A stretch of DNA of 64,000 bases, taken from contig JACPBS010000006.1 in the NCBI GenBank assembly GCA_016180195.1, positions 4,681-68,680 of the forward strand, written 5' to 3'. Of the stretch, positions 8,439-17,578 are shown piece by piece. The stretch's first letter is position 1. Every line of letters begins with the position of its first letter. Position numbers and translations under genes: made by a program. Under the pieces are notes generated by a model. It saw only the letters and a program-made list of their open reading frames with translations, had not been told where the DNA came from and searched no databases. Source of the DNA: Candidatus Woesearchaeota archaeon (GTDB lineage: Archaea; Nanobdellota; Nanobdellia; Woesearchaeales; UBA10216).

Positions 8439-10394
8439 ATGCTCTACCAAAACAACTCATACAGGGGCGCTTATTTCAGTCCGATGGACAGAGGCTATAC
8501 ACCCATACAGGATTCTATAGAAGTTGTCCCCGAGATGGCTGGACTGAGCCCTTCGGACATAGGCATCTCAGCCCCGCCAATGCAAAACCAGCTTGAGGCA
8601 TTAAATGCAAGAATAAGGCAGGGAGCGTCAAGAGTTGAGCTTGGGTTTACAGGAAGAGGAAAAGGGTCAATGGGGCAAAGCTCGACAACACCTGAAATGT
8701 ACGGAATGGAGGAAAGAAGGGATATACGGGAACTGGCCAACCTAAACAAGGTAATACTCTCAACGCACGCAACAACACAAGTAGGTAATCTTTCCGGGCT
8801 AACAGAAGGCGGATTCAATGAAATGGCCAGGGAAATGGCCCTTAACGAGGTAAAAAGAGCCATAGACTTTGCAGCGGACGTGACAGATGGCGGAGCAGTA
8901 GTCGTGCATACAGGCGAATTCCAAAGACCCATATTCGACAGCTACGGGCCTGACTTCATGATGAATCCCGCAGAATCGGACGTAGGACATCAGGCACACC
9001 CGCAAGGAGAAAGGAAAAAAGCGGTATTTAACATCGTGGACACAAGAACAGGCCAGATAATACCGATAAGGACAGACCAGCCAGTTCCGCTCCCTGTATG
9101 GAAAAAAGATGCGCAGGGCAATTACATAAAGGATGAGTACGGGGAAAGGATACCTGAAACAGAGCAGGACCCGAACAACCCCGGAACAGTAAGGTATAAG
9201 ATGTCAACAAGGGAGTGGGACTATTTTGTACAGGAAGCTCAGAAATACAGCAAGGAACACCCTGACCAGTCTCCAAGGAAACCGGAGATGCAGTACTTCA
9301 TCGAGCAGAACGACATGCAAAGGCTCCAGTTCAAGTCACTGTCAAAGTTCTATGGAGGAATAGAGCAGGTTGAAGACACCAAGAAAAACCTCGAGAAAGT
9401 CAACAAAGCCCTGAAATTTTATGAGGAACTGGAAAAAACAGTACCTCAAGATGAACTATGGAAACTAAAGCTTCCTTCAGGAGCACCAAGGGAACTCGCC
9501 GGGCTCATACCGCCGGATGACCCGAGGCTTCCGTCACAAGTGCTGAAGGATATGAAAACGCATTACGAAGGAATGCTGCAGAGAATGATTTACTCCGAGC
9601 TAAGCTATACCCAGCAGGCAAGGGATATTGAGGAGAGGCAAAAGTACGTTGCGCCTATAAAAGAGTACGCAATACAGAAGAGCGCAGACACGATAGCAAG
9701 GGCAGGGCTTTTCGCAATGCAGAAATCAGAGCAGATGAAAACAAAGGAGCCCCTATACATAGCCCCAGAAAACATATTTCCCGAAACCTATGGAGCACAT
9801 CCTGAAGAGCTCAGGCATATTATTAAGGAATCCAGGAAAACAATGTCACAGCAGCTGGAGAAGATGTATGGGTATGACAAGCAGCATGCAGTTGAGCTTT
9901 CGGAGAGGCATATAAAGGCTACATTCGACATAGGGCATGCGTACACATGGCGAAAATATTTCGTGGGCGACCCTAAGGCAAGCATAGCGGAAAATGATGC
10001 CAAGTTCAAGAACTGGCTGTTGAACCAGGTGCAGCAGCTAACAGACGAAGGCATAATAGGACATGTTCACGTTTCAGATAATTTTGGATACGAGGACGAG
10101 CATGTGGACCCTGGAATGGGAAGGGCGCCGATAAAGGAATTCATAGACAAGATCAAGAAAGGCGGAATAAAAAATGTGACAGTTGAGCCAGCACACCAGG
10201 ACTACAGGTCCCTCCTCGGGGCGTGGAGGCACTTTGGAAGCTCCATATACGGAATGTCAAGGCCAATGGGCGATACATGGTCTGATGTATGGAGAGGCTA
10301 TTTCGGCCAGACTGCGCCGCCATACTTCCTATACGGGGAAGCAGCTCCTGACCCTGAACACTGGGTATTGTGGACAGGAACAAGAATGGAATAA
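8439..10394 (+). CDS. Xylose-isomerase/EndoIV-like TIM-barrel metalloprotein with a large helical insertion
   Basis: Metal-ligand motifs STHAT, VHTGE, APEN, TFDIGHA, HVHVSDNFGYEDEH and TVEPAH. Confidence 0.8.
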   Translation: MLYQNNSYRGAYFSPMDRGYTPIQDSIEVVPEMAGLSPSDIGISAPPMQNQLEALNARIRQGASRVELGFTGRGKGSMGQSSTTPEMYGMEERRDIRELANLNKVILSTHATTQVGNLSGLTEGGFNEMAREMALNEVKRAIDFAADVTDGGAVVVHTGEFQRPIFDSYGPDFMMNPAESDVGHQAHPQGERKKAVFNIVDTRTGQIIPIRTDQPVPLPVWKKDAQGNYIKDEYGERIPETEQDPNNPGTVRYKMSTREWDYFVQEAQKYSKEHPDQSPRKPEMQYFIEQNDMQRLQFKSLSKFYGGIEQVEDTKKNLEKVNKALKFYEELEKTVPQDELWKLKLPSGAPRELAGLIPPDDPRLPSQVLKDMKTHYEGMLQRMIYSELSYTQQARDIEERQKYVAPIKEYAIQKSADTIARAGLFAMQKSEQMKTKEPLYIAPENIFPETYGAHPEELRHIIKESRKTMSQQLEKMYGYDKQHAVELSERHIKATFDIGHAYTWRKYFVGDPKASIAENDAKFKNWLLNQVQQLTDEGIIGHVHVSDNFGYEDEHVDPGMGRAPIKEFIDKIKKGGIKNVTVEPAHQDYRSLLGAWRHFGSSIYGMSRPMGDTWSDVWRGYFGQTAPPYFLYGEAAPDPEHWVLWTGTRME

Positions 10395-10460
10395 AGCTTG
10401 AAGTAAAGTCTACGATGAAAATTAAGTCTTACTGCTTCTATCAAAAGAAAAATTGAGAAA

Positions 10461-10748
10461 CTATTTATCATTATCAGGAAACGTTATTACGGGTATTGTT
10501 GAGTTTCCTAAATAAACGCCTTTTGCCCCGTCACCTCCTGCCAAGCGCTCTAAATCCGAATCTCCGGGAGGGCACGACTCCTGGGCAGCAGAACAGCCTG
10601 TGTAAGGCAGATACCTGAAACCGAATTTATCAGTTTGCCTTGTCAGGTTTTCCCGGCTTCCGTCAGGTCTTTGGATAATGATGTCGTTACTTCCCCGCCC
10701 GGGAAAGTACTTTCCAAAGATTTCCAAAATATTTGAAAGTAGGCTCAT
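10461..10748 (-). CDS. Small hypothetical protein
   Basis: 95-aa ORF filling an intergenic gap; no recognisable motif. Confidence 0.4.
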   Translation of the reverse strand: MSLLSNILEIFGKYFPGRGSNDIIIQRPDGSRENLTRQTDKFGFRYLPYTGCSAAQESCPPGDSDLERLAGGDGAKGVYLGNSTIPVITFPDNDK

Positions 10749-10925
10749 TTTTTTAACACCTCATAAAACCCTTATTACAGCCTTGAATATAAAAATGTTT
10801 CGTTACTTGGCAGTAGCAATTGATGGGTTATTAAATAAGGGCAAGGATTTTTTTCTGGACATTCGTAGATTATTTAGAAAATTATTTAAACCACAGTCAG
10901 AATAACGATAAAGGGGAAAAAGAGG

Positions 10926-11732
10926 ATGGAATTCAAGATAAACAGGATGCAGAATCCAAACCTGCGAAATTATCCGAAAGATGACTTAACTCTGGCGTAT
11001 GATTTCTCAAAGAAGATATATGACGAGTTTGGGAACTTTCTTAAGGCAATAATACTTTTTGGGAGCGTTGCAAAAAACAGGAACAGCAGCAAGGGCGATA
11101 TTGACCTGCTGGTAATCATAGATGACATAACCATGGAGCTCAATCCTGAAATCGTCCAAACCTACAGGATCATAATAGAAAAGACAATAGCCTCGACCTC
11201 AACAAAGCTCCACGTGACCAGCCTGAAGCTGACAACTTTCTGGGAGTATGTAAGGTCCGGGGATCCTGTGGGCATAAATATCCTGCGTGACGGGGTTGCT
11301 CTCCTGGATACTGGCTTCTTCGACCCTCTCCACGCGTTGCTGATAAAAGGAAGGATAAGGCCGACAGAAGAATCAGTCTTGACATACTTCTCAAGGGCAC
11401 CAAAAACATTGCACAACTCAAAGTGGCACCTGCTCCAGGCAGTGCTTGACCTTTACTGGGCAGTCATAGACTCGTCACATGCAGCCCTGATGAAGATGGG
11501 GGAAACACCCCCAAGCCCGGATCATGTAGGCGAAATGCTTGAGAGGATATTGGTAAAACAGGGCCTGCTCGACAGGAAATATGTCGGGATCATGAACAAT
11601 TTCTATACGCTTCAGAAAAGAATAATCTACAGGGAGATAAAGGAAATAACTGGGGCCCAGTATGACAAGCTTCTCAAGGATGCCCAGGAATATGTCTCCA
11701 AGATGGAAAAACTTATCGCCCTGAAGAAATAA
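10926..11732 (+). CDS. Nucleotidyltransferase-HEPN fusion protein
   Basis: FGSVAK...GDIDLL NTase motif followed by a HEPN-like helical domain (YWAVIDSSHAALM). Confidence 0.8.
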   Translation: MEFKINRMQNPNLRNYPKDDLTLAYDFSKKIYDEFGNFLKAIILFGSVAKNRNSSKGDIDLLVIIDDITMELNPEIVQTYRIIIEKTIASTSTKLHVTSLKLTTFWEYVRSGDPVGINILRDGVALLDTGFFDPLHALLIKGRIRPTEESVLTYFSRAPKTLHNSKWHLLQAVLDLYWAVIDSSHAALMKMGETPPSPDHVGEMLERILVKQGLLDRKYVGIMNNFYTLQKRIIYREIKEITGAQYDKLLKDAQEYVSKMEKLIALKK

Positions 11733-11740
11733 GCAAGGAA

Positions 11741-13723
11741 TCAGTCCTGTGCCAAAAGCTTTCCTATTGCAAATATCGCAAGCCCAAGAAGGATCAGGTT
11801 TCCGATTACCAGAGCGGGAATGTAATAAGGAGACTCACTAAACCCCAGCGTTTCCGCCCTCTTTGGCGGCTCTGCAATCACAGGCTCCCTTGGTGGTGGC
11901 TGGACCACAACAACGGACTCATTCTTCAGGGGCACAACAACAGGAGCGGTCTCGCACCTTGAGACCTGAAGGATGACTACCTTTCTCTGGCTTAGCTTAT
12001 CACCATCGTAAAAAGTCTCCACAGTAATCCTCTTCGAGCCAGGCGTCAAATTGGAAAGTATTGGAACTGAAAATGTGCTCAGCCTTGCCTCGTCCTCATC
12101 CAATGTAAAAGGACCAACAAGCTGGTTAAACCTCATGTCGGTGCTTGATATCCTCAAAAAAACATCATCTTCATCATTGCGGCCGGTATTCCTGATGTTC
12201 GTATTAAGCTCAGCCGCAGTTTCACAGATGATCGAGGTAGGATCGAGCTCTGCCCTTGCTATTGATATCTCATGCTCCTCCCGGTCAACCTCTATTGTGA
12301 ATGTGAATCTCTCGCCATGCCCTGCACCGTTCTCATCATCTGCCTCTGACCTGAGCACAACCTCAAATTCGTCCCTCTCAGCATCATTAGGAATATCAAT
12401 ATTCAAGGTAGTTGACCTTGTCTTCCTAGGCCCTATGTCGCCAATGGTGTCACTTTCATCCAAATCAAGATCATCATTCTCAATCGAGACGTCCACATCC
12501 AGCAAATCAACATTGTCGTTATTGCTGAACCTGTTCTCAACAGTGACTTCAAGCCTCAGCCTGTCACCAGGCCTCACATTCTTAACAGTGTCCCCTTCAT
12601 CCAAGCTTTCTGAATTTACGTCAGAGATAATCCTGACTTCCTTGATCCTAAGGTTATTCCTGGCCTGCATACGTGCAGTAACTGGCTTGGCAACCTGGAC
12701 GCCTGTTGCCGAGCGCCCAATAACATTGATAGTCGCAACATCAAAAGCCCTCTCCTCAAGCGTATTAGGATCTACTGCATCCAGGTTTTCAGGAACCCGT
12801 GCAGAGAACGTGAAAAGGGCAGATTCGCCCGGATTTATAGAGGTTGTTGAGATGCTGGTGAGCGTGAAGTTAAGTGATGACGCTCCAAACCCGCCGGTTG
12901 GGGTAATTGAGCTAATGTTAAGGCCGGTTATCTGGTCAGGACCTGTATTGCTAACTGAAAAGCTGCCTGAAACATGGACATTTTCGTCGCTTGCCTGTTC
13001 TGCCCTTGGATTGCTCCTTTGCTGAGTCCTGCCTCCCAGGTTAAATGTTTCCGCCGCTATGTTTATCGCAATGTCGTTTACAACGATGAAGACAACCTCT
13101 GAATCTGAAAGGGTGCCATCGCTTATCGAGAATGTTACAAAATAGTTTCCAGACTGCGTTGATCCGGGTGTCCATAAGAATGTCCTTGTTGCCTGGTTAA
13201 ATGTGGCTCCAGTGGGAAGGTTGCTGGCAGCAAATCCGATAGGGTCCCCATCAGGATCGCTGGCGGAAACAACGAACTGCAGGGAAGATCCCTCGTTCAC
13301 TGACTTGTTTCCTATGTTCGCCAGTACCGGGGCCCTGTTAACATTCAACACAGAGATATTAACCTGCTCAGATGATGACGAGTTGCTGCAGGTCTGGTTG
13401 GCACAAAGGTTTACGATGTCCTGCGCAACAAAAGTCGCCACATAAACGCCTGAGTCGGCAAATGAAGGCGTCCAGTTGAACACAGCAGCCGAGTCATTGA
13501 TCTTCAAAAGAGAAGCCCCCCTCATGGCAGGGGTTGATGAATTTAAAAACAAAGTGAAATTTGTATTTTGGTTGCCCAGAACAACAAGGAAAGAAAGCGT
13601 TGAGTTCTCGCTTACAGTCCTGTTCCCGATGGGATTTATGGATGGCGCTGCAAGCACTAATGAAAATGAAAAAAGAAATGCCAATGCTGCAAAAAAGGAA
13701 AATGCGATCCTCATAAATAACAA
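11741..13723 (-). CDS. Cell-surface protein with cadherin/Ig-like repeats and a C-terminal membrane anchor (S-layer/adhesin-like)
   Basis: Signal peptide; two AP..IGN.SV.E.S.L.F repeats with SDPDGD; acidic beta-rich domains; many N-x-S/T sequons; C-terminal TM helix. Confidence 0.8.
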   Translation of the reverse strand: MLFMRIAFSFFAALAFLFSFSLVLAAPSINPIGNRTVSENSTLSFLVVLGNQNTNFTLFLNSSTPAMRGASLLKINDSAAVFNWTPSFADSGVYVATFVAQDIVNLCANQTCSNSSSSEQVNISVLNVNRAPVLANIGNKSVNEGSSLQFVVSASDPDGDPIGFAASNLPTGATFNQATRTFLWTPGSTQSGNYFVTFSISDGTLSDSEVVFIVVNDIAINIAAETFNLGGRTQQRSNPRAEQASDENVHVSGSFSVSNTGPDQITGLNISSITPTGGFGASSLNFTLTSISTTSINPGESALFTFSARVPENLDAVDPNTLEERAFDVATINVIGRSATGVQVAKPVTARMQARNNLRIKEVRIISDVNSESLDEGDTVKNVRPGDRLRLEVTVENRFSNNDNVDLLDVDVSIENDDLDLDESDTIGDIGPRKTRSTTLNIDIPNDAERDEFEVVLRSEADDENGAGHGERFTFTIEVDREEHEISIARAELDPTSIICETAAELNTNIRNTGRNDEDDVFLRISSTDMRFNQLVGPFTLDEDEARLSTFSVPILSNLTPGSKRITVETFYDGDKLSQRKVVILQVSRCETAPVVVPLKNESVVVVQPPPREPVIAEPPKRAETLGFSESPYYIPALVIGNLILLGLAIFAIGKLLAQD

Positions 13724-13786
13724 CTCGGGTAATTATTATTTAGTTGATAAATGAAGTTAGTTCTAGAGAGTAGTATATAAATTTTT

Positions 13787-14011
13787 CTATGACTTCCTGC
13801 AAAGATCACTCAGCTTCTTTCCCCTGAACTCGGCACCGACGGAGTCTTTTCCGAGAAACACGCTTGCAGGCTCTGGCTCCTTATTTGGAGTTTCCTGCTT
13901 TTCAAGAATGCTCAATGCAAGCTCGAAAGCCTCCTTGCTGTCAGAGGCCCTGCCGCTGGCCTTTAGCTCATGAGCAAGGCTATTTACTTTCTTCAGCAAC
14001 TGCGCGTCCAT
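13787..14011 (-). CDS. Small hypothetical protein, paralog of the N-terminus of the adjacent gene
   Basis: KKVNSLAHELK...ASDSKEAF aligns with QKINSLAKELL...ASSSEDAY. Confidence 0.7.
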   Translation of the reverse strand: MDAQLLKKVNSLAHELKASGRASDSKEAFELALSILEKQETPNKEPEPASVFLGKDSVGAEFRGKKLSDLCRKS

Positions 14012-14013
14012 CT

Positions 14014-14457
14014 TTATTTCTTCCCGTAATAAAAGAATTTCTCGATCTGGACATCCTTCTCCTGGTAATCCCCTGTCCTCGGCCTGCTGGCCTGCTCGGT
14101 CTTTGCTGGCGGGATAGCCTGCTGCTCATTAGGCGGCTGATGTACAGGTTCAGCCCTTGGCTGCTCAACTACCCTGAAAGACTCTATTTTTTTCTTAATA
14201 GATGTCATTTCATCCTTCAGGCCCTTAATCTCTGCCTGAAGCGCAACAATCTCATTATACATCGAGTTTAGCTTCAATCCAAGCATCCTCAGATCCCTGT
14301 TGACCTCGTCTTCCCTGTTTACCTTTGGAGCCTCGCCTTTGACCATTAACTCGGCCTGCACGTATGCATCTTCAGAAGAAGAAGCTATATGATGCTTGAG
14401 AAGCTCTTTTGCCAGACTATTTATTTTTTGTACCTCTTCCACTCCCATCCTTATCAC
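14014..14457 (-). CDS. Hypothetical coiled-coil protein
   Basis: Same N-terminal motif as above, central coiled coil, C-terminal IEKFFYYG. Confidence 0.75.
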   Translation of the reverse strand: MIRMGVEEVQKINSLAKELLKHHIASSSEDAYVQAELMVKGEAPKVNREDEVNRDLRMLGLKLNSMYNEIVALQAEIKGLKDEMTSIKKKIESFRVVEQPRAEPVHQPPNEQQAIPPAKTEQASRPRTGDYQEKDVQIEKFFYYGKK

Positions 14458-15214
14458 CTTTCTTTGAGCTGAACATCAACCCTGATATAAACAATGCCAA
14501 AAAAAACAGCCATTCCATGCCAAAAAGGCTTATGCCGAAATTCCCCGACAGCATCTGGGGAATGGCCAAAACCGTAATCGAATAACAGCTCATCACAAAT
14601 GAACTATATAAATTTAACTCAAATCTCATGAGCCTTGAAAAAACCAGCCCCAAAACTGCAAAAAAGGCTGATATGGCAATGTACTTAACAACAAAATAAA
14701 TAAGAACAGACATGAAGATTCCGGGAAGTGCGAGCAGGAACGCGTTCCTCATCAGCAACGAAAGCTCTTTTTTCCTCCCGCTCAAATCATTCATATCACT
14801 TGCGGGCATCTCCGAGTCCCTGTAAACGCGGCATAGAGGGCTTAATGCCATGCAAAAAACAGACCTCGATGATATGCCGTCATCCGAAATCGAGAGGAGC
14901 GAGTTTCCCTTATCCCCAAAGCGCAGTATGCTTATCCCGAAAAAAGAGGCGTCAACAGGCTCTTTCATCCCCATTTCGTAAGAAACACCGATCCTTTCAA
15001 ACTTTCCCAGCTCCGAATATATCCTCGAATCCATGCTTATAAGAGAGGGCACGTAGTAAGCAGACAAAATGAAGATGCAGGCAAATACAAGTGAAAAAAT
15101 ATATGACAATGACTCAAGTACATTCCTGTGCCTGAGATGCGAATAAGAGAACGGATTGAGGGATTCGGCTACTGTCACCGCGAATTTAATATCCTTATGG
15201 CTTATCAAAAACAC
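14417..15214 (-). CDS. Membrane protein (DUF1189-like architecture)
   Basis: One N-terminal TM helix, a soluble loop and three C-terminal TM helices. Confidence 0.6.
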   Translation of the reverse strand: MFLISHKDIKFAVTVAESLNPFSYSHLRHRNVLESLSYIFSLVFACIFILSAYYVPSLISMDSRIYSELGKFERIGVSYEMGMKEPVDASFFGISILRFGDKGNSLLSISDDGISSRSVFCMALSPLCRVYRDSEMPASDMNDLSGRKKELSLLMRNAFLLALPGIFMSVLIYFVVKYIAISAFFAVLGLVFSRLMRFELNLYSSFVMSCYSITVLAIPQMLSGNFGISLFGMEWLFFLALFISGLMFSSKKGDKDGSGRGTKNK

Positions 15215-15694
15215 CTAACCACCCGGACGGCAAAGCAGTATATCATCATTATCATCCCTCACTACCTTCTCCACGACAAGCTTGTTGAGTATGGACTCGT
15301 TAATTGCCCTGAACATTGACGACTTTCTCAGGATGCTCACCACGATTTTTTTCCTGGCGACCCTTGCAAGCTCATCAATTGCCTTCTCATGGTCGCTGAA
15401 ATTATGGATGGCCGTAATGCAGATCACATGATCAAAAGACTTGGCATCGAACGGAAGCGACTCAGCATACCCAATGCGTGCATCAATCCTTTTCTGTCCC
15501 ACGCCAATCATTCCCGGAGAGCTGTCGATCCCGACAACAGAGCATCCCAGGACATGGCTAAGCCCAGTTCCGCAGCCAACATCCAGAATGCGGTCATCTT
15601 TCCCGACATCCAGAAGCTCTCGGACGATAGCGAGCTTTGCCAGCTGCTCTTTTCCATGCAAAGCATCATAGGAACTGCATATATAGTTGTACAT
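15215..15694 (-). CDS. Class I SAM-dependent methyltransferase
   Basis: ILDVGCGTG, GIDSS, AESLPF...SFD motifs. Confidence 0.9.
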   Translation of the reverse strand: MYNYICSSYDALHGKEQLAKLAIVRELLDVGKDDRILDVGCGTGLSHVLGCSVVGIDSSPGMIGVGQKRIDARIGYAESLPFDAKSFDHVICITAIHNFSDHEKAIDELARVARKKIVVSILRKSSMFRAINESILNKLVVEKVVRDDNDDILLCRPGG

Positions 15695-15705
15695 TTTTTC
15701 CTCGA

Positions 15706-16788
15706 TTACGGGCAAGCGCCCATTGCAGCCAGATCAGAGGCCGAAAGGTTGTATGTGACCACAGAATGGTTCAAGTCCAACTTAAAACCGATATACTTAT
15801 TGCCATCAACATACGTGGTCACACCATTAATATTGAACAACATGCCTCCTGTGCAGTTGTACAGCTCCCGGTTATAAAAGCACCAGTCTATATAACTCTT
15901 TTTGGTGCATTTAGGTATGTTGAGCCTGTTTGGGTTCACAGGGCTTTCGATCCCGCAGCAGGTTGAACCTGAAACAGATCCACCGCCGTTGCTCAAGTTA
16001 TAATAGAGTCTCATAAGGAAGCTAGGCGCGGTTGGCTCATAAACATATTTCATGTCCTCTACCAGCATTGACAGGTTACCCGCATCCCAGACAGTGCTGT
16101 TGGACCTTACTATTGTGTTGTTAAAGGACGCATTCACAAGATAAACAGGGTCAAGGATCCCCTCCACGGGCACGATAACAGTCAAGTTCTGTGAGATGTT
16201 CCAGTGGGAAACAGATGCATCCACAGTGTAATTGCTAGATACAGTAACCCCCACTCCCCATGGCCCTGTCGAGCTGTCCTGGAAAAGGCGAGCATAGTAC
16301 CCATCCATGCTTTTCCTGAACTCTGTCTCGATGAGAAGGACATCCCTGGACGCGTTTTCCATCTGAGACAGCCTGAACAAAAGAGTCCTATTCCTCATTA
16401 CAGAATAAGAAGTGTTCAGGACAGGCATGCAATCCGAAGCTGCGAGAGGCTTATTGTCAAGATAACACTCGATTGGGGTGCCATTAACGCTCCCGTTTAT
16501 CATGAGCTCGATGAAGGTCGAGTTCACGGACCCGTAATCAGGAAGATAGGTGGTCTTATTCACCAAAAGAGTCAGGGCAACCAGAGCGCCCCTGCCTGAA
16601 GTCTCAACAGCTGACTTGAAATAACCCTCCTTAATTGACTTCACATAATTGTTACCTGCATTTATCCGCCCGGAAATCGAAGGAATCCTATCCTTGTAGC
16701 TGATGTGCCCAAGAGGGGTGAAGGCAATTGTAAGTATAAGCACCAGCATTATTGCGATTATCGAGAAAAAAACCCCCCGCTTCCTCAT
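15706..16788 (-). CDS. Pilin-like secreted protein with a class III signal peptide
   Basis: MRKRG|VFFSIIAIML...; Asn/Cys-rich extracellular domain; ATGA coupling to the upstream gene. Confidence 0.7.
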   Translation of the reverse strand: MRKRGVFFSIIAIMLVLILTIAFTPLGHISYKDRIPSISGRINAGNNYVKSIKEGYFKSAVETSGRGALVALTLLVNKTTYLPDYGSVNSTFIELMINGSVNGTPIECYLDNKPLAASDCMPVLNTSYSVMRNRTLLFRLSQMENASRDVLLIETEFRKSMDGYYARLFQDSSTGPWGVGVTVSSNYTVDASVSHWNISQNLTVIVPVEGILDPVYLVNASFNNTIVRSNSTVWDAGNLSMLVEDMKYVYEPTAPSFLMRLYYNLSNGGGSVSGSTCCGIESPVNPNRLNIPKCTKKSYIDWCFYNRELYNCTGGMLFNINGVTTYVDGNKYIGFKLDLNHSVVTYNLSASDLAAMGACP

Positions 16789-17276
16789 TGCCACATGCTC
16801 ACCTCAGCCGGAAACGGGCCCCACATTGACCCGTTGTAAATCCCGAACACCAAGGATTTTGACGAAACAACTGTCCTGCTCCCAGGCAGCAACTTCGGCC
16901 CTTCGTTAAAAACCTGGAAATTATCAATGCTCACGCTCACCCCGTATTGGCGCGGGATTATGTTACTGGAAATATTGGACATGAATCTTGAGCCCATGCT
17001 GACCTGGTTATTGACATAGAATTCACCCAACTGCTGAAGAACCGAATTCTCGGTGTTTGTAATCGTGCCGTTGTCAATAAGAGCCCTAACGTAGTTGCTG
17101 TTGATCTCGCTAACCTTCGTGCTTGAAAGGGAAACCAGGATATCCCCGCTCATGATCTCAGGCAGATCGCCCAGCGGCGTGTACGAATACGAACCAAGCA
17201 CAATAAACAGCCCAACAACGATAATCCCCATTGCCACAAAAGCGTCAAGGGTAAAAAAATAACCTCTCTTTGACAT
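16785..17276 (-). CDS. Type IV pilin-like protein with a class III signal peptide
   Basis: MSKRG|YFFTLDAFVAMGII...: basic residues, Gly cleavage site, acidic residue near +5/+6, hydrophobic helix. Confidence 0.75.
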   Translation of the reverse strand: MSKRGYFFTLDAFVAMGIIVVGLFIVLGSYSYTPLGDLPEIMSGDILVSLSSTKVSEINSNYVRALIDNGTITNTENSVLQQLGEFYVNNQVSMGSRFMSNISSNIIPRQYGVSVSIDNFQVFNEGPKLLPGSRTVVSSKSLVFGIYNGSMWGPFPAEVSMWQ

Positions 17277-17327
17277 ATGCCTGAAAATTGCAGGTTACCT
17301 TTAAAAAGGTTTTTCGCAAAGGGCCTT

Positions 17328-17481
17328 ATTGAAAACCTAGTTGTTAGCTGAAACCGATTCGGTTCACTGAAGTGAACTTCTATTTTCTCTCCCCTTCGGA
17401 ACCGAGGGGAGGAAAAAAGAACCTTGGTTTAAACAAGGCGAATCGGATCATTTACAACAGGATATGCAATAGGTTTTCAAT
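17328..17481. repeat. 154-bp structured element with 12-bp terminal inverted repeats (MITE- or ncRNA-like)
   Basis: ATTGAAAACCTA/TAGGTTTTCAAT; nested CCGATTCG/CGAATCGG stem enclosing three hairpins; core recurs at 35035-35089. Confidence 0.75.
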
Positions 17482-17578
17482 GCCGTCTCGAAGTCCTCCA
17501 AAGACAAAGAACCGGCCAAAGAGGCTAATTCTGGCGCAAATGCATAAAAAGAAATACTCGAACGAATTAATAGGGCTC

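Noticed and set aside
17372-17578. N-terminal extension of gdhA in the ORF track
   Set aside because: It reads through the structured repeat; family similarity starts at ATG 17579
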